Positions 1 to 9,810 of a stretch of DNA of 41,905 nucleotides are shown piece by piece. The notes under the pieces were generated by a model. It was not told where the DNA came from. It worked only from the letters and a program-made list of their open reading frames with translations, and did not search any database. The stretch is from contig JAHFPP010000004.1 in NCBI GenBank assembly GCA_023266675.1, forward strand, positions 1 through 41,905, in the 5' to 3' direction. Positions within the stretch are counted from its first letter, which is position 1. Each line of letters starts with the position of its first letter. This DNA comes from Candidatus Woesearchaeota archaeon. GTDB lineage: Archaea > Nanobdellota > Nanobdellia > Woesearchaeales > BM511. A program made the translations under genes and the position numbers.

Positions 1-31
1 AAAAGATTAGTTAAATGGGTTGGTGAAAAAA

Positions 32-1420
32 ATGGAAATTTCAAGAGAATTATATGATCATTATGATGAAGAAAGCGTAAAATACAGAGTCGAAGACGGA
101 ATAACCGAAGAAGTAGTAAGGCAGATTTCCAAATACAAGAGTGAACCGCAGTGGATGCTTCAAAAAAGACTTGACGCATTAAATGTATTTAACAGATTGA
201 AGAATCCTGATTGGGGACCAAGCATTAAAAATCTTGATTTGTCAAAAATCACGTATTTCCTGGTGCCAGACGCAAAACAAAATGCGACCACATGGGATGA
301 TGTTCCTGAGAAAATAAAGAACACGTTTGAAAGGCTAGGAATACCTGAAGCTGAAAGAAGTTCACTTGCAGGCGTTGGCGCACAGTATGACAGCCAGGTA
401 GTATATCACCAGATAAGAGAAGACTTAAAGAAAAAAGGAGTGATATTTGAGGATATGGATGTTGCAGTTAGAGAATATCCTGACCTTGTAAAAAAGTATT
501 TCATGTCAAAATGTGTGAGCCCAAAACTTCATAAATTCGCTGCACTGCATGGCGCTGTATGGAGCGGAGGAACATTTATTTATATTCCTAAAGATTTAGA
601 AGTTGACCTGCCACTGCAGGCATATTTTAGAATGAACACTCAAGGGATGGGACAGTTTGAACACACTTTAATTGTTGTTGATGAAGGCGCAAAAGTCCAT
701 TATATTGAAGGATGCTCTGCACCGCTCTACAATTCAAGTTCAATACATGCTGGGTGTGTTGAAGTATTTGTGCATAAGAACGCCGTAATGAGATATTCTT
801 CAGTTGAAAACTGGTCAAGAAACACTTATAACCTAAATACGAAGAGAGCCATTGTTGAGGAAAACGGCTCAATGGAATGGGTTTCAGGAAATCTTGGATC
901 AGGTGTTACAATGCTTTACCCTACTAGCCTATTAGTTGCCAAAGGAGCCAAAGCAGACCACATATCAATAGCTTATGCAGGGAACGGACAAAATCAGGAC
1001 ACTGGAGCCAAAATATACCATATGGCGCCAAATACAACGAGCACTGTTAAAAACAAGAGCATAAGCAAGGATGGAGGCATCACAGCTTACCGCGGACTAA
1101 TAAAAATTATGAAGGGAGCAAAAAACAGCAAGTGCTCAGTAACATGCGATGCTTTGATGTTTGATAATAAATCGCAGTCCAACACCTACCCTGCAATTGA
1201 CGTTGAAGAAAAAGACGTTGACGTAGTTCACGAAGCAAGCGTTGGCAAAATCAGCGAAGAACAGATATTTTACCTTCAAAGCAGAGGACTAAGTCAGGAA
1301 GAAGCTGTTCAGATGATTGTTTCCGGATTTATAGAACCGCTGATAAAAGAGCTTCCACTTGAATACGCTGTTGAAATGAACAGATTAATTGAGCTTGAAA
1401 TGGAGGGAACGCTCGGATGA
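32..1420 (+). CDS. sufB: Fe-S cluster assembly protein SufB
   Basis: Typical SufB sequence (FERLGIPEAE, GVGAQYDS, GQFEHTLI, YIEGCSAP, HEASVGKI, FYLQSRGL). ATG at 32 follows a GGTGA SD; the ORF track starts at TTG 20. Confidence 0.97.
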   Translation: MEISRELYDHYDEESVKYRVEDGITEEVVRQISKYKSEPQWMLQKRLDALNVFNRLKNPDWGPSIKNLDLSKITYFLVPDAKQNATTWDDVPEKIKNTFERLGIPEAERSSLAGVGAQYDSQVVYHQIREDLKKKGVIFEDMDVAVREYPDLVKKYFMSKCVSPKLHKFAALHGAVWSGGTFIYIPKDLEVDLPLQAYFRMNTQGMGQFEHTLIVVDEGAKVHYIEGCSAPLYNSSSIHAGCVEVFVHKNAVMRYSSVENWSRNTYNLNTKRAIVEENGSMEWVSGNLGSGVTMLYPTSLLVAKGAKADHISIAYAGNGQNQDTGAKIYHMAPNTTSTVKNKSISKDGGITAYRGLIKIMKGAKNSKCSVTCDALMFDNKSQSNTYPAIDVEEKDVDVVHEASVGKISEEQIFYLQSRGLSQEEAVQMIVSGFIEPLIKELPLEYAVEMNRLIELEMEGTLG

Positions 1421-2631
1421 ATTCGTTTTTAAAAGAACTCCCAAAACAAATTCATGACAGGATGAATGAGAAAGGAATTCATGATGAGCGAATAAAAAGC
1501 TTGAATGAATTCTTGAAAGTGAAAAGTGAAAATTTAAGTCACGGGTTGAATATAAAAACTAATCTGGAAAAGATAGATTACTCAGATATACTTAAGGAAG
1601 GAGAGAAAAATTTCAGTTATTCACACAAAAACCTTCTTGGCAAAGATATAACCATACTGAATCTTGATGAGTTTGCATCTACAGAAAAGATATCTGATAA
1701 CCAAAAAAAAACAATATTTGACAAGATATCTGCTCAGTGGAATAAAAAATTGGATAAGATAGACCTTTTGCACTGCGCCCTTTCTGAAGTTAGAGTGATA
1801 ATATTTAAAGACGGTTTAAAGCTAAAAGATACATTTGAATTAGGAAATGTGGTTTCTGGAAACAGCTATAATCACGTTATTATAATCGTTGGAAACAATT
1901 CAGATGTAAATATAATGATAAGAAATAATACAGATAATAAGGAAATTGTGAAATCCAAAGACGGCACGGAAAAGATAATTACTGATTGTACAGATATATT
2001 TATTGGTGATAATTCCAAAAGCAGTATTGTTGAGTTCAGAAATCTAAGTTTAAAACATTTTGTTTATGGTAAAAAATTTTTATATTTGAATGATAATGCT
2101 GTTGCAAACTGGGTAGGAATAGACAAGGATTCAAAGATTGCGATTATAAAACAGCACACAGTTCTTGAAGGAGCAAACAGCAAAAGCACAATGAGTAATA
2201 TTTTATGCGGCAAAGATTCAGAATATTTTCTTAACAATATTTCAGAGCACGCTGAAATAAACACCGAATCAATGATAAGAACAAAAGCCGGGTTAAGAAC
2301 TAGCAGGGCTGTTGTTAAAGGACTTGTGAAGATAAATGAGAATGCTGAATCAAGCGCAGGATACCAGAAATCTGATATACTTCTCATTGATGAAGAAAGC
2401 AGCGGAGTGTCAATTCCTGACTTGGAAATCCATAATGATAAGGTAAAATGCACACACGGCTCAACAATAAGCAGGATTGATGAAGAAAAAGTATTTTATC
2501 TCCAGTCAAGAGGGCTGTCAAAGAAAGAAGCCGAATCTTTGATGATAGAAGGTTTTTATGATACTGTGCTAAATGAGATTCCTGATGAAAAAATAAGAGA
2601 GGACATCAGAAACGAGGTTGTAGAGCTATGA
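1417..2631 (+). CDS. sufD: Fe-S cluster assembly protein SufD
   Basis: SufBD C-terminal motifs (SIPDLEIHNDKVKCTHGSTI, FYLQSRGL); ATGA overlap with sufB. Confidence 0.9.
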   Translation: MNSFLKELPKQIHDRMNEKGIHDERIKSLNEFLKVKSENLSHGLNIKTNLEKIDYSDILKEGEKNFSYSHKNLLGKDITILNLDEFASTEKISDNQKKTIFDKISAQWNKKLDKIDLLHCALSEVRVIIFKDGLKLKDTFELGNVVSGNSYNHVIIIVGNNSDVNIMIRNNTDNKEIVKSKDGTEKIITDCTDIFIGDNSKSSIVEFRNLSLKHFVYGKKFLYLNDNAVANWVGIDKDSKIAIIKQHTVLEGANSKSTMSNILCGKDSEYFLNNISEHAEINTESMIRTKAGLRTSRAVVKGLVKINENAESSAGYQKSDILLIDEESSGVSIPDLEIHNDKVKCTHGSTISRIDEEKVFYLQSRGLSKKEAESLMIEGFYDTVLNEIPDEKIREDIRNEVVEL

Positions 2632-3920
2632 TAAGAAAACTTCAGTTAATGACAAAAAAAATATCAAATTCGAAATTCACAAATAAATTCAGAAGAGAAG
2701 AGGACATTTTGCATAAATTTCAAAATAATCTTGCAAAAGATTTTCCTTTGTTAAAAAAAAGGAGGATATCATATCTGGACAGTTCTGCAACAACGCAAAA
2801 ACCGAAAATCGTCATAGACAAATTAAAAAGAGTTTATGAAATGCATAATGCGAACTCTCATCGCGGACTGTATGATATATCTGAAGAATCAACAAAAATG
2901 CTTCATGATGCCCGAAAGGTTTTTGCATATTTCATTAATGCATCAACTGAGGAAATAATTTTTACAAGAAACAGCACAGAAGCGTTGAATGGAATTGCAA
3001 ACAGTCTTGAAAGGACATTAAATTTTAAGAATAAAAATATTGTATCAACAGTGATTGAGCATCACAGTAATTTTGTTCCGTGGCAGCAGCTTAGCAAAAG
3101 AACTGGCGCCAAGTTTAGAATTGTTGATTTTGACATTTAAAAAAGCGAGTTTTCAATGATAAGCAAATATGCTGATAAGAATACATTGATATTTTCAATT
3201 ACTGGTATGAGCAATGTTACAGGATTCATTCCGGACTTAAGAAAAATAATAGATGAACTTCGTTCAATAAATAAGGATATGATAATCGTAGTTGATGCGA
3301 CGCAGCTTATTGCTCACAGAAAAATTGACGTTAAAGAGATGGATGCCGATTTTGTTGCCTTTTCAGCACACAAATTGTATGGTCCGACAGGCGTTGGTGT
3401 TCTTTACGGAAAAAAGAGCATGCTTGAAAAAATGGAGCCTTTCAGTTATGGTGGCGGAATGATAAACAAAGTTGAGTTGTATGATTCGAACTGGGCAGAA
3501 CTTCCTGATAAATTTGAAGCGGGAACAATAGACACCCCTGGAATTGTTGCATCGGCTGAAGCAATAAAGTATGTTGATGAAAAGTTTGAGTTTACAGTTA
3601 AGTATGAAGATATGCTGAAAGAATACGCTTTGAAAAAACTCAGAGAAATTAAAGAATTAAAAGTTATAGGGCATAATGAAGGGGCAAATTTTGGTCCTGT
3701 AATAAGCTTTATTGTCGACGGTGTCCATCCTCATGATTTGGCAGCGATATGCAATGAGAAAAAAGTGTGCATAAGGGCAGGGCATCACTGCTGTCAGCCA
3801 TTAATGGGAAAACTTTGTGTCGTTGCAACATCAAGAATGAGTATAGGAATGTACAATACAAGGAATGATATTGATAATCTTACTGATGCAATAAACCATG
3901 CCATAAAGGTCATAAGGTGA
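2628..3920 (+). pseudogene. sufS: Cysteine desulfurase SufS interrupted by one in-frame TAA at 3138-3140 (nonsense mutation or sequencing error)
   Basis: ORFs 2628-3140 (YLDSSATTQKP, EHHSNFVPWQ) and 3156-3920 (SAHKLYGPTG, RAGHHC) are in the same frame, separated by GAC ATT TAA AAA AGC GAG TTT TCA ATG. Confidence 0.88.
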
Positions 3921-3921
3921 G

Positions 3922-4317
3922 ATGATGGAAGGATTATACCGTGAATACCTGCTTGACCATTACCATAATCCGCAGAATGTTGGAAAAATTGAGAATGCAG
4001 AGATAAAGAAGCATGATTTGAATGTAAGCTGCGGCGATGAAGTTGAGATGTTTGTAAAACTTGATGATGATAAAAAACATATAAAAGAAATAAAATTTAT
4101 TGGTCATGGATGCGTCATTTGCATGGCATCAACATCAATACTTACAGATGAATTAAAAGGAAAATCACTAAAAGAAGTCAAAGAGATGAATACTGATACA
4201 ATACTTGAGATGATTAAGCTGAAACTTACGCCGACAAGAATAAAGTGCGCAATGCTTTCGCTAGTTACAATAAAAAAAGGAATACTTGATTATGAATTAA
4301 AAAACAGTGAGGGATAA
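3922..4317 (+). CDS. sufU: SufU/IscU-family scaffold or sulfur-transfer protein
   Basis: LDHYHNPQN, SCGD, GCVICMAS and RIKCAML motifs; lies in the suf operon. Confidence 0.92.
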   Translation: MMEGLYREYLLDHYHNPQNVGKIENAEIKKHDLNVSCGDEVEMFVKLDDDKKHIKEIKFIGHGCVICMASTSILTDELKGKSLKEVKEMNTDTILEMIKLKLTPTRIKCAMLSLVTIKKGILDYELKNSEG

Positions 4318-4318
4318 A

Positions 4319-5062
4319 ATGGATGAAGTTTTTAATGTAAAAGATTTTCATGTAAATATAAAAGATAAGGAAGTTGTAAGAGGAGTTACTTTACAGCTTA
4401 AAAAAGGAGAAATCAGTGTTATCATGGGACCAAATGGTGCTGGAAAATCTTCATTTGCAAACGGACTAATGGGTCACCCAAGTTATGAAACAAAGGGGAA
4501 CATAGTTTTAGACGGCGAGGACATATCCTCATTATCTGCAGACAAGCGTTCAAAGAAAGGCTTGTTTTTGTCATTTCAGAATCCTGTTGAGATACCTGGC
4601 GTAACTGTTGCAAATTTTCTAAGGACGGCTGTTAACTCACGAAAAGAGAAAGGTGAGAAGTCAAATCCGTTAAAGTTTATGAAACTTATTAATGAGAAGA
4701 TGGAATTGCTTCACATACCTGTAAGTTTTAGTTCACGATACATAAATGAGGGGTTTTCTGGTGGAGAAAAGAAGAAGATGGAGATACTCCAGCTTGCAAT
4801 GCTTGATCCAAAAGTTGCTATACTTGACGAAACAGATTCAGGCCTTGACATTGATGCTTTAAAAAAAGTCTGTGAAAGCATAAACATACTAAAAGAGCAA
4901 AACAAAGAGTTAACATTGCTTATAATCACCCATTATCAGAAGATGCTTGACTACCTAAAGCCTGATCACGTATTTATCATGCTTGACGGAAAAATAGTAA
5001 AGAAAGGCGGCGGAGAGCTTGTGAAGCAGCTTGAAGAAGAAGGATACAAAGCATTTAGATAA
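4319..5062 (+). CDS. sufC: Fe-S cluster assembly ABC ATPase SufC
   Basis: Walker A GPNGAGKS, FSGGEKK signature, ILDETDSGLDID, ITHY. ATG at 4319 (track start 4307 GTG). Confidence 0.96.
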   Translation: MDEVFNVKDFHVNIKDKEVVRGVTLQLKKGEISVIMGPNGAGKSSFANGLMGHPSYETKGNIVLDGEDISSLSADKRSKKGLFLSFQNPVEIPGVTVANFLRTAVNSRKEKGEKSNPLKFMKLINEKMELLHIPVSFSSRYINEGFSGGEKKKMEILQLAMLDPKVAILDETDSGLDIDALKKVCESINILKEQNKELTLLIITHYQKMLDYLKPDHVFIMLDGKIVKKGGGELVKQLEEEGYKAFR

Positions 5063-5112
5063 CCTCTTTGAAAATGGGAGGATATTTAAACTCTTAATTA
5101 TTTTTATTTAAC

Positions 5113-6837
5113 ATGGTAAAATGGAATCTAGAGGACATATACCGGTTTAAAGATACTGAGAAGCTTATCAGCGAATTAAACAAAGAAGTTTCTGAGTTTA
5201 AAAAGTACAGGTCAAGATTAAATGACTCCCTTTCTAATAAAGTGTTTATGAAAATTGTTAAAAAGAAAGAAAGCATAATGGTTAAAGCTCATAAATTGTC
5301 AAGCTATGCTGGGCTTTCACTTAGCGAAAATACGTCTGACGGCAAGCGTATTGCCCATGAATCAAAGATATCACAGATATGCACTGAAGTTGGAAATGAG
5401 ATAATGTTTTTTAGCCTCTGGTTTAAGAGTATCAGCGATAGGAAGGCAGATTATTACATCAAGAATTCTGGAAAATACAGATATTTCTTGGAAGTTTCAC
5501 GAAAGTATAAACCTTACACATTGAATGAGAAAGAAGAAAAAATAATTAATTATAAAGACCTTAGCGGCGCTGATTCCTTAATTGGTATTTATGAGATAAT
5601 GACTAACGGGTTTACGTTTAAATGGAAAGGGAAAACAATAACACGCGAAGAGCTTTTTACAAATGTTCACAGTAAATATAGACGTGACAGAAAAGAAGCT
5701 TATGACTTGATTCTTAACCGTTACGCAGAAAATGAGACTGTATTAAGCGAGATTTACAAAGGAATAGTAACAGACTGGAATAATGAAAACGTTAAGATAA
5801 GAGGTTTTAAGACTCCAATATCGGTTAGAAATTTTGGAAACGAGCTTCCTGACGAATCTGTTGATGCGCTTTTAAAAGTTGTAAGGAAAAACTCAGGACT
5901 TTTCATGGAATATTTTGAATTAAAATCAAAAATCCTGAATGTAAAAATGGACAGATATGATATTTATATAAATTACAATGATGAAAAACCAGATTATCCT
6001 TTTGAGAAATGCAAAAAAATTGTGCTTGAAGGATATAAAGAGTTTGATAATGAGATGTATTTGAATGCAAAGAAGATTTTTGATTTAAACCATGTTCATT
6101 CTGATATAATTAAAAACAAAAGAGGAGGGGCTTTTTGTGCATCTGTTACACAGGGTGTTGCCCCTTATGTTTTTTTAAATCATGTAGGACGGCTTGAAGA
6201 TTTGTTCACAATGATGCATGAATTTGGACACGGAGTACATAATCTGCTTGCTAGCAAAAACACCGAGTTTACATGTGCAGCGCCTCTTCCTCTTGCTGAG
6301 ACCGCGTCAACATTTGGCGAGCTTCTTTTGTCCAAAAAACTTATTAGGAATGTTAGTGATGAGGAGAAGAAAGCCATACTGATAAAGCAGCTTGACGGTT
6401 TTTATGCAACGATTATAAGACAGGCGTATTTTGTGATGTTTGAGATTGAGGCGCATAAAGCGTTTTCAAAAGGCGCAACGCTTGACGAAGTCAATTTGAT
6501 TTATCTTAATAATCTTAAAGAGCAATTTGGAAAATCGATTAAAATACCTGATATATTCAAGCATGAATGGAAATACATACCGCACATTTATTTTTCGCCG
6601 TTCTATTGTTATTCATATTCTTTTGGAAACCTGCTTGTTTTGTCTTTATATAAAAAATATCTTGAAGATGGAGAAAGCTTTGTTCCAAAATACTTAAAGA
6701 TTCTTTCTTACGGAGGCTCAAAGGCGCCGGCTGACATATTAAAGGAAGTCGGTTTTGACATCACAAAAGAATCATTCTGGGAAGGCGGGTTTGATGTGAT
6801 ACGTGAAGAGATTGAAGAGCTTAAGAAACTCGTCTAA
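5113..6837 (+). CDS. pepF: M3B oligoendopeptidase F
   Basis: WNLEDIY N-terminus, KRGGAFC, HEFGH zinc motif, AETASTF, HIYFSPFYCYSY. Confidence 0.93.
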   Translation: MVKWNLEDIYRFKDTEKLISELNKEVSEFKKYRSRLNDSLSNKVFMKIVKKKESIMVKAHKLSSYAGLSLSENTSDGKRIAHESKISQICTEVGNEIMFFSLWFKSISDRKADYYIKNSGKYRYFLEVSRKYKPYTLNEKEEKIINYKDLSGADSLIGIYEIMTNGFTFKWKGKTITREELFTNVHSKYRRDRKEAYDLILNRYAENETVLSEIYKGIVTDWNNENVKIRGFKTPISVRNFGNELPDESVDALLKVVRKNSGLFMEYFELKSKILNVKMDRYDIYINYNDEKPDYPFEKCKKIVLEGYKEFDNEMYLNAKKIFDLNHVHSDIIKNKRGGAFCASVTQGVAPYVFLNHVGRLEDLFTMMHEFGHGVHNLLASKNTEFTCAAPLPLAETASTFGELLLSKKLIRNVSDEEKKAILIKQLDGFYATIIRQAYFVMFEIEAHKAFSKGATLDEVNLIYLNNLKEQFGKSIKIPDIFKHEWKYIPHIYFSPFYCYSYSFGNLLVLSLYKKYLEDGESFVPKYLKILSYGGSKAPADILKEVGFDITKESFWEGGFDVIREEIEELKKLV

Positions 6838-6879
6838 TTAAACGATATAGATATAAATTAAGTATTAATACTTGAGTCT

Positions 6880-7656
6880 ATGATGCCGGTTATTTTTGTT
6901 GGACATGGAAGCCCTATGAATGCTATTGAAGAGAATGAGTTTTCTAGAAAGTGGAGAGAACTTGGGAAAGTTTTACCTAAGCCAAAAGCAATTGTCTGCG
7001 TTTCAGCGCACTGGGAAACAGAAGGAAAATTTGTTACAGCGATGGACGCTCCAAAGACTATTCATGATTTTGGAGGATTTCCAAAAGAGCTTTATGAAGC
7101 AAGGTATCCTGCAAAAGGAAATTTGAAGCTTGCAAAAGAGATTGAGAAAAAAGGAATATCGCTTGACAATGATTGGGGTCTTGACCATGGATGCTGGTCT
7201 GTTTTAATTCAGATGTATCCAAAAGCTGACATACCTGTCGTTCAGGTAAGCCTTGATTATAATCTTAATTCAATAGAACACTATAAACTTGCCAAGAAAT
7301 TATTATTTTTGCGCGAAAAAGATGTTTTAATAATTTGCAGCGGAAACATGGTCCATAACCTTTCGCTTGTTGAATTCAGGACTGACTTTAATGAAAGCTT
7401 TGGGTTTGAATGGGCAAAGCATGCAAATGAATTATTCAAGAAACTAATAATTGAAGGACGCCACGAAGAGCTTGTAGAGTATGATAAACTTGGAAGTGAA
7501 GTCTCGCTTGCAATTAACTCAGCCGAGCATTATCTTCCTATGCTTTACGCGCTTTCATTAAAACATGAAGGCGATAAAATAACGTTTTTCAACGACAAAC
7601 TCATTGCAGGTTCAATCTCAATGACATCGTTTATTCTCAGTGAGAGGAAGTATTGA
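6880..7656 (+). CDS. ygiD: 4,5-DOPA extradiol dioxygenase (YgiD/LigB family)
   Basis: FVGHGSPMNA, SAHW, HDFGGFP, GLDHG, SGNMVHNL, EHYLP. Confidence 0.92.
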   Translation: MMPVIFVGHGSPMNAIEENEFSRKWRELGKVLPKPKAIVCVSAHWETEGKFVTAMDAPKTIHDFGGFPKELYEARYPAKGNLKLAKEIEKKGISLDNDWGLDHGCWSVLIQMYPKADIPVVQVSLDYNLNSIEHYKLAKKLLFLREKDVLIICSGNMVHNLSLVEFRTDFNESFGFEWAKHANELFKKLIIEGRHEELVEYDKLGSEVSLAINSAEHYLPMLYALSLKHEGDKITFFNDKLIAGSISMTSFILSERKY

Positions 7657-7694
7657 AAAATTATTATTAGAAAAGATTTAAAAAAAATAAGAGA

Positions 7695-7937
7695 TTAACA
7701 GCATTTATGTCCTTCTTCACCTCTTTTGGTTCCGTCCATAAAAAGGAAGTATGCCTTGACCTGATCCTCTTTTGATTTTGGAAACAAGTCTTTGATTAGC
7801 TTAATTAAGTCGTCATGCTTCATGTCTGTTTTTTTGAAGTTTTCCCAGATTTTGTCGTATTCTTTCTCTGTAACTTTAAATTCGTCTGCTATTGTTTTTT
7901 CTTTTTTTGGTTTTGTCTTTTTAGTTTCTTTTTTCAT
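7695..7937 (-). CDS. Small hypothetical protein (Lys-rich N-terminus, C-terminal HKCC)
   Basis: ORF with a GAGG SD before ATG 7937 (MKKETKK...). Confidence 0.65.
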   Translation of the reverse strand: MKKETKKTKPKKEKTIADEFKVTEKEYDKIWENFKKTDMKHDDLIKLIKDLFPKSKEDQVKAYFLFMDGTKRGEEGHKCC

Positions 7938-8020
7938 TGTTTTTCCTCGTTTGTAAGTTATTATCAAATAATCCTTAATAAATAAGTTTGTTTTAAGAGT
8001 AGAAGATATTGATGAAAAAA

Positions 8021-8263
8021 TTATTTATTTAGCTTATTTTTAAGCGATATCTCTTCCTTCGCTTCAGCTTTCATCAGGAAATACAACGTTGGCATAAGAA
8101 CTAATAGTCCAAGAATAATTATTATCATCCATAATGGTTGAAGATACAGATAATATGAAGCTAGTACTAGACCAATTCCAACACCAATCATCAGTTTGCT
8201 AGTCAATAGCAAGATAAATTGAAGTACAGATATTTCTTTTCTGATTATCTTCTTGTTTAGCAT
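8021..8263 (-). CDS. Small membrane protein (two hydrophobic helices)
   Basis: 80 aa ORF with two long hydrophobic segments. Confidence 0.7.
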   Translation of the reverse strand: MLNKKIIRKEISVLQFILLLTSKLMIGVGIGLVLASYYLYLQPLWMIIIILGLLVLMPTLYFLMKAEAKEEISLKNKLNK

Positions 8264-8337
8264 GTTATTCTCTAATGTCTGATATTATTTAAATATATCT
8301 TTTTTAAGACTATTTAGAAATTAAAAATAAAAAAATA

Positions 8338-8410
8338 CGCCTTCAACCAGGCTCGAACTGGTGACCTTGCGGTTAACAGCCGCACGCTCTACCTACTGAG
8401 CTATGAAGGC
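8338..8410 (-). tRNA. tRNA-Asn (GTT)
   Basis: Reverse complement GCCTTCATAGCTCAGTAGGTAGAGCGTGCGGCTGTTAACCGCAAGGTCACCAGTTCGAGCCTGGTTGAAGGCG: 73 nt cloverleaf, GTT anticodon, no encoded CCA. Confidence 0.97.
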
Positions 8411-8529
8411 CTCGTAGATTTAATTGTTAAAAATTCGCAGCATTTTATAAACATTTCGAATAATGAAACATAAAATTGAGTATATATTTATAAACTTTAG
8501 ACTTCACCGTTAGTATTAGGTGATATTTT

Positions 8530-8949
8530 TTGAGTATTTTAAAGAAAGTTATTGACAGTCTTTTTAGCAGCAGCAAAAATTATGAATCAAAGGAGACTAA
8601 AGTAAAACCAAATGTTTCAAGAGAGTTATCGCTTGATAAAGTTAGAAAAGAAGCTGGCGCGCATCTTGAAAAAGAGCTGTTAAAAACAAAAACTGAAGAA
8701 AACAGAAACCCTTTGGAGCGTATTGTAAGCAAAGAGGAAGTTAACTGGAAAGCCCATGAAGAAGGTGAAGACCATCAGCGAAGAGAAGTTGAAAAGATTG
8801 TCGGCGCGTCTTATGGACAGCATGATACCTTTAATCATCACGAAGATGAAGCGTCTCACCAGGCTTATCTTACACATAATAATAGAGGAGGCGAAAGGCA
8901 TTACAATTCGTCTTCAAATCAAAGAGATGTTTATAATAATCAACACTAA
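8530..8949 (+). CDS. Hypothetical hydrophilic protein with His/Asn-rich C-terminus
   Basis: TTG start preceded by an AGGTGA SD and an upstream TTTATAAA box; 139 aa. Confidence 0.6.
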   Translation: MSILKKVIDSLFSSSKNYESKETKVKPNVSRELSLDKVRKEAGAHLEKELLKTKTEENRNPLERIVSKEEVNWKAHEEGEDHQRREVEKIVGASYGQHDTFNHHEDEASHQAYLTHNNRGGERHYNSSSNQRDVYNNQH

Positions 8950-9001
8950 ACGTCTAATCAGTTCTTTATAATTTAAGTTAATTCTAGGAAGATTTAAGCT
9001 T

Positions 9002-9227
9002 GCACTGGACTAACTCTTTTGCCAGTTAGAAGCTATGTTAAGGACTAGTTCTCTGACGATAAATAGTCCGAACTGAATAATTGTTAAGAAAGTAGCACTG
9101 GACATTTAATTTTGTCGTCGATAAAATTTAATTATGTTAAAAGTTAGTATGAAATAAAATGGACTATTTATTGAGGATAAATAGGCCGTGTTTTTGGTTG
9201 AGGTTTTTCTTAAAAACGTCACTGGAC
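9002..9227. repeat. Intergenic array of (CACT)GGAC motifs with two GGACTA...TAG(T/G)CC inverted repeats
   Basis: CACTGGAC at 9003, 9096 and 9220; imperfect palindromes at 9042-9069 and 9161-9187. Confidence 0.7.
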
Positions 9228-9271
9228 ACGCTTGCGTGAGGTATATAAACCAAATTAGTCTCATATTATTT

Positions 9272-9805
9272 ATGAAACCGAAGATATCAATTGACACGCC
9301 AATATCTGAGCTTACAGTTAGACGATACGAAAAACCGTATAATCTCTCAAGAAGGGAACTTGTTAGAAAACTCTGTCTTTCAATTGGGATTTTGCAGCCT
9401 GGTGATTCAAGGGATGTAATTGTTGATCTACTTTATGTCATGCTTGAGGCTAAGATGGAATCAAAGGTATTGTCATCTGAGGAGATTACACGTCTTGTCA
9501 TTGAACTTCGAAAAGCAGAGAGTCTTGAACTTAATGGCGTTGCAGGCTCAAACATACGGCGCCAGCTAAAACGGCTGCGTGAAGTGCATATTGTTGAAAA
9601 AGTAAAAAACAACTATAGGATTACAGAATTTCTTGGTTTAAAGGCTAATTTTGACGAGAAGATAATGAAATACATGCTTCCAAGCATTCTTGAGCGTGTG
9701 CGTGAGTATTTTGATAAAGTTGATGAAGTTTTTGCTAATAAGAATGAGATTAAATCAATGAATGCTAATATTGAAAAGAATAGTTCAAATGTTATTAAAG
9801 CATGA
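9272..9805 (+). CDS. Putative winged-helix DNA-binding protein
   Basis: TATATAAA at 9242-9249 supports ATG 9272 (MKPKISIDTP). Contains SSEEI...SNIRRQLKRLREVHIVEKVKNNYRI, a wHTH pattern. Confidence 0.75.
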   Translation: MKPKISIDTPISELTVRRYEKPYNLSRRELVRKLCLSIGILQPGDSRDVIVDLLYVMLEAKMESKVLSSEEITRLVIELRKAESLELNGVAGSNIRRQLKRLREVHIVEKVKNNYRITEFLGLKANFDEKIMKYMLPSILERVREYFDKVDEVFANKNEIKSMNANIEKNSSNVIKA

Positions 9806-9810
9806 TTTGA

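Noticed and set aside
3138..3140. Stop-codon reassignment explaining the sufS TAA
   Set aside because: TAA terminates many other genes here normally and no other gene needs read-through.
8338..8410. tRNA-Asn as an integration site
   Set aside because: I saw no duplicated tRNA 3' end and no adjacent integrase.
9114..9142. dif-like site GTCGTCGATAA-AATTTAA-TTATGTTAAAA
   Set aside because: The right arm resembles a XerD box, but the spacer is 7 bp and the left arm is weak. There is no Xer gene in the window, and it could be chance in AT-rich DNA.
9002..9227. Possible CRISPR array
   Set aside because: Repeats are only 8-9 bp, irregularly spaced, and there are no cas genes.
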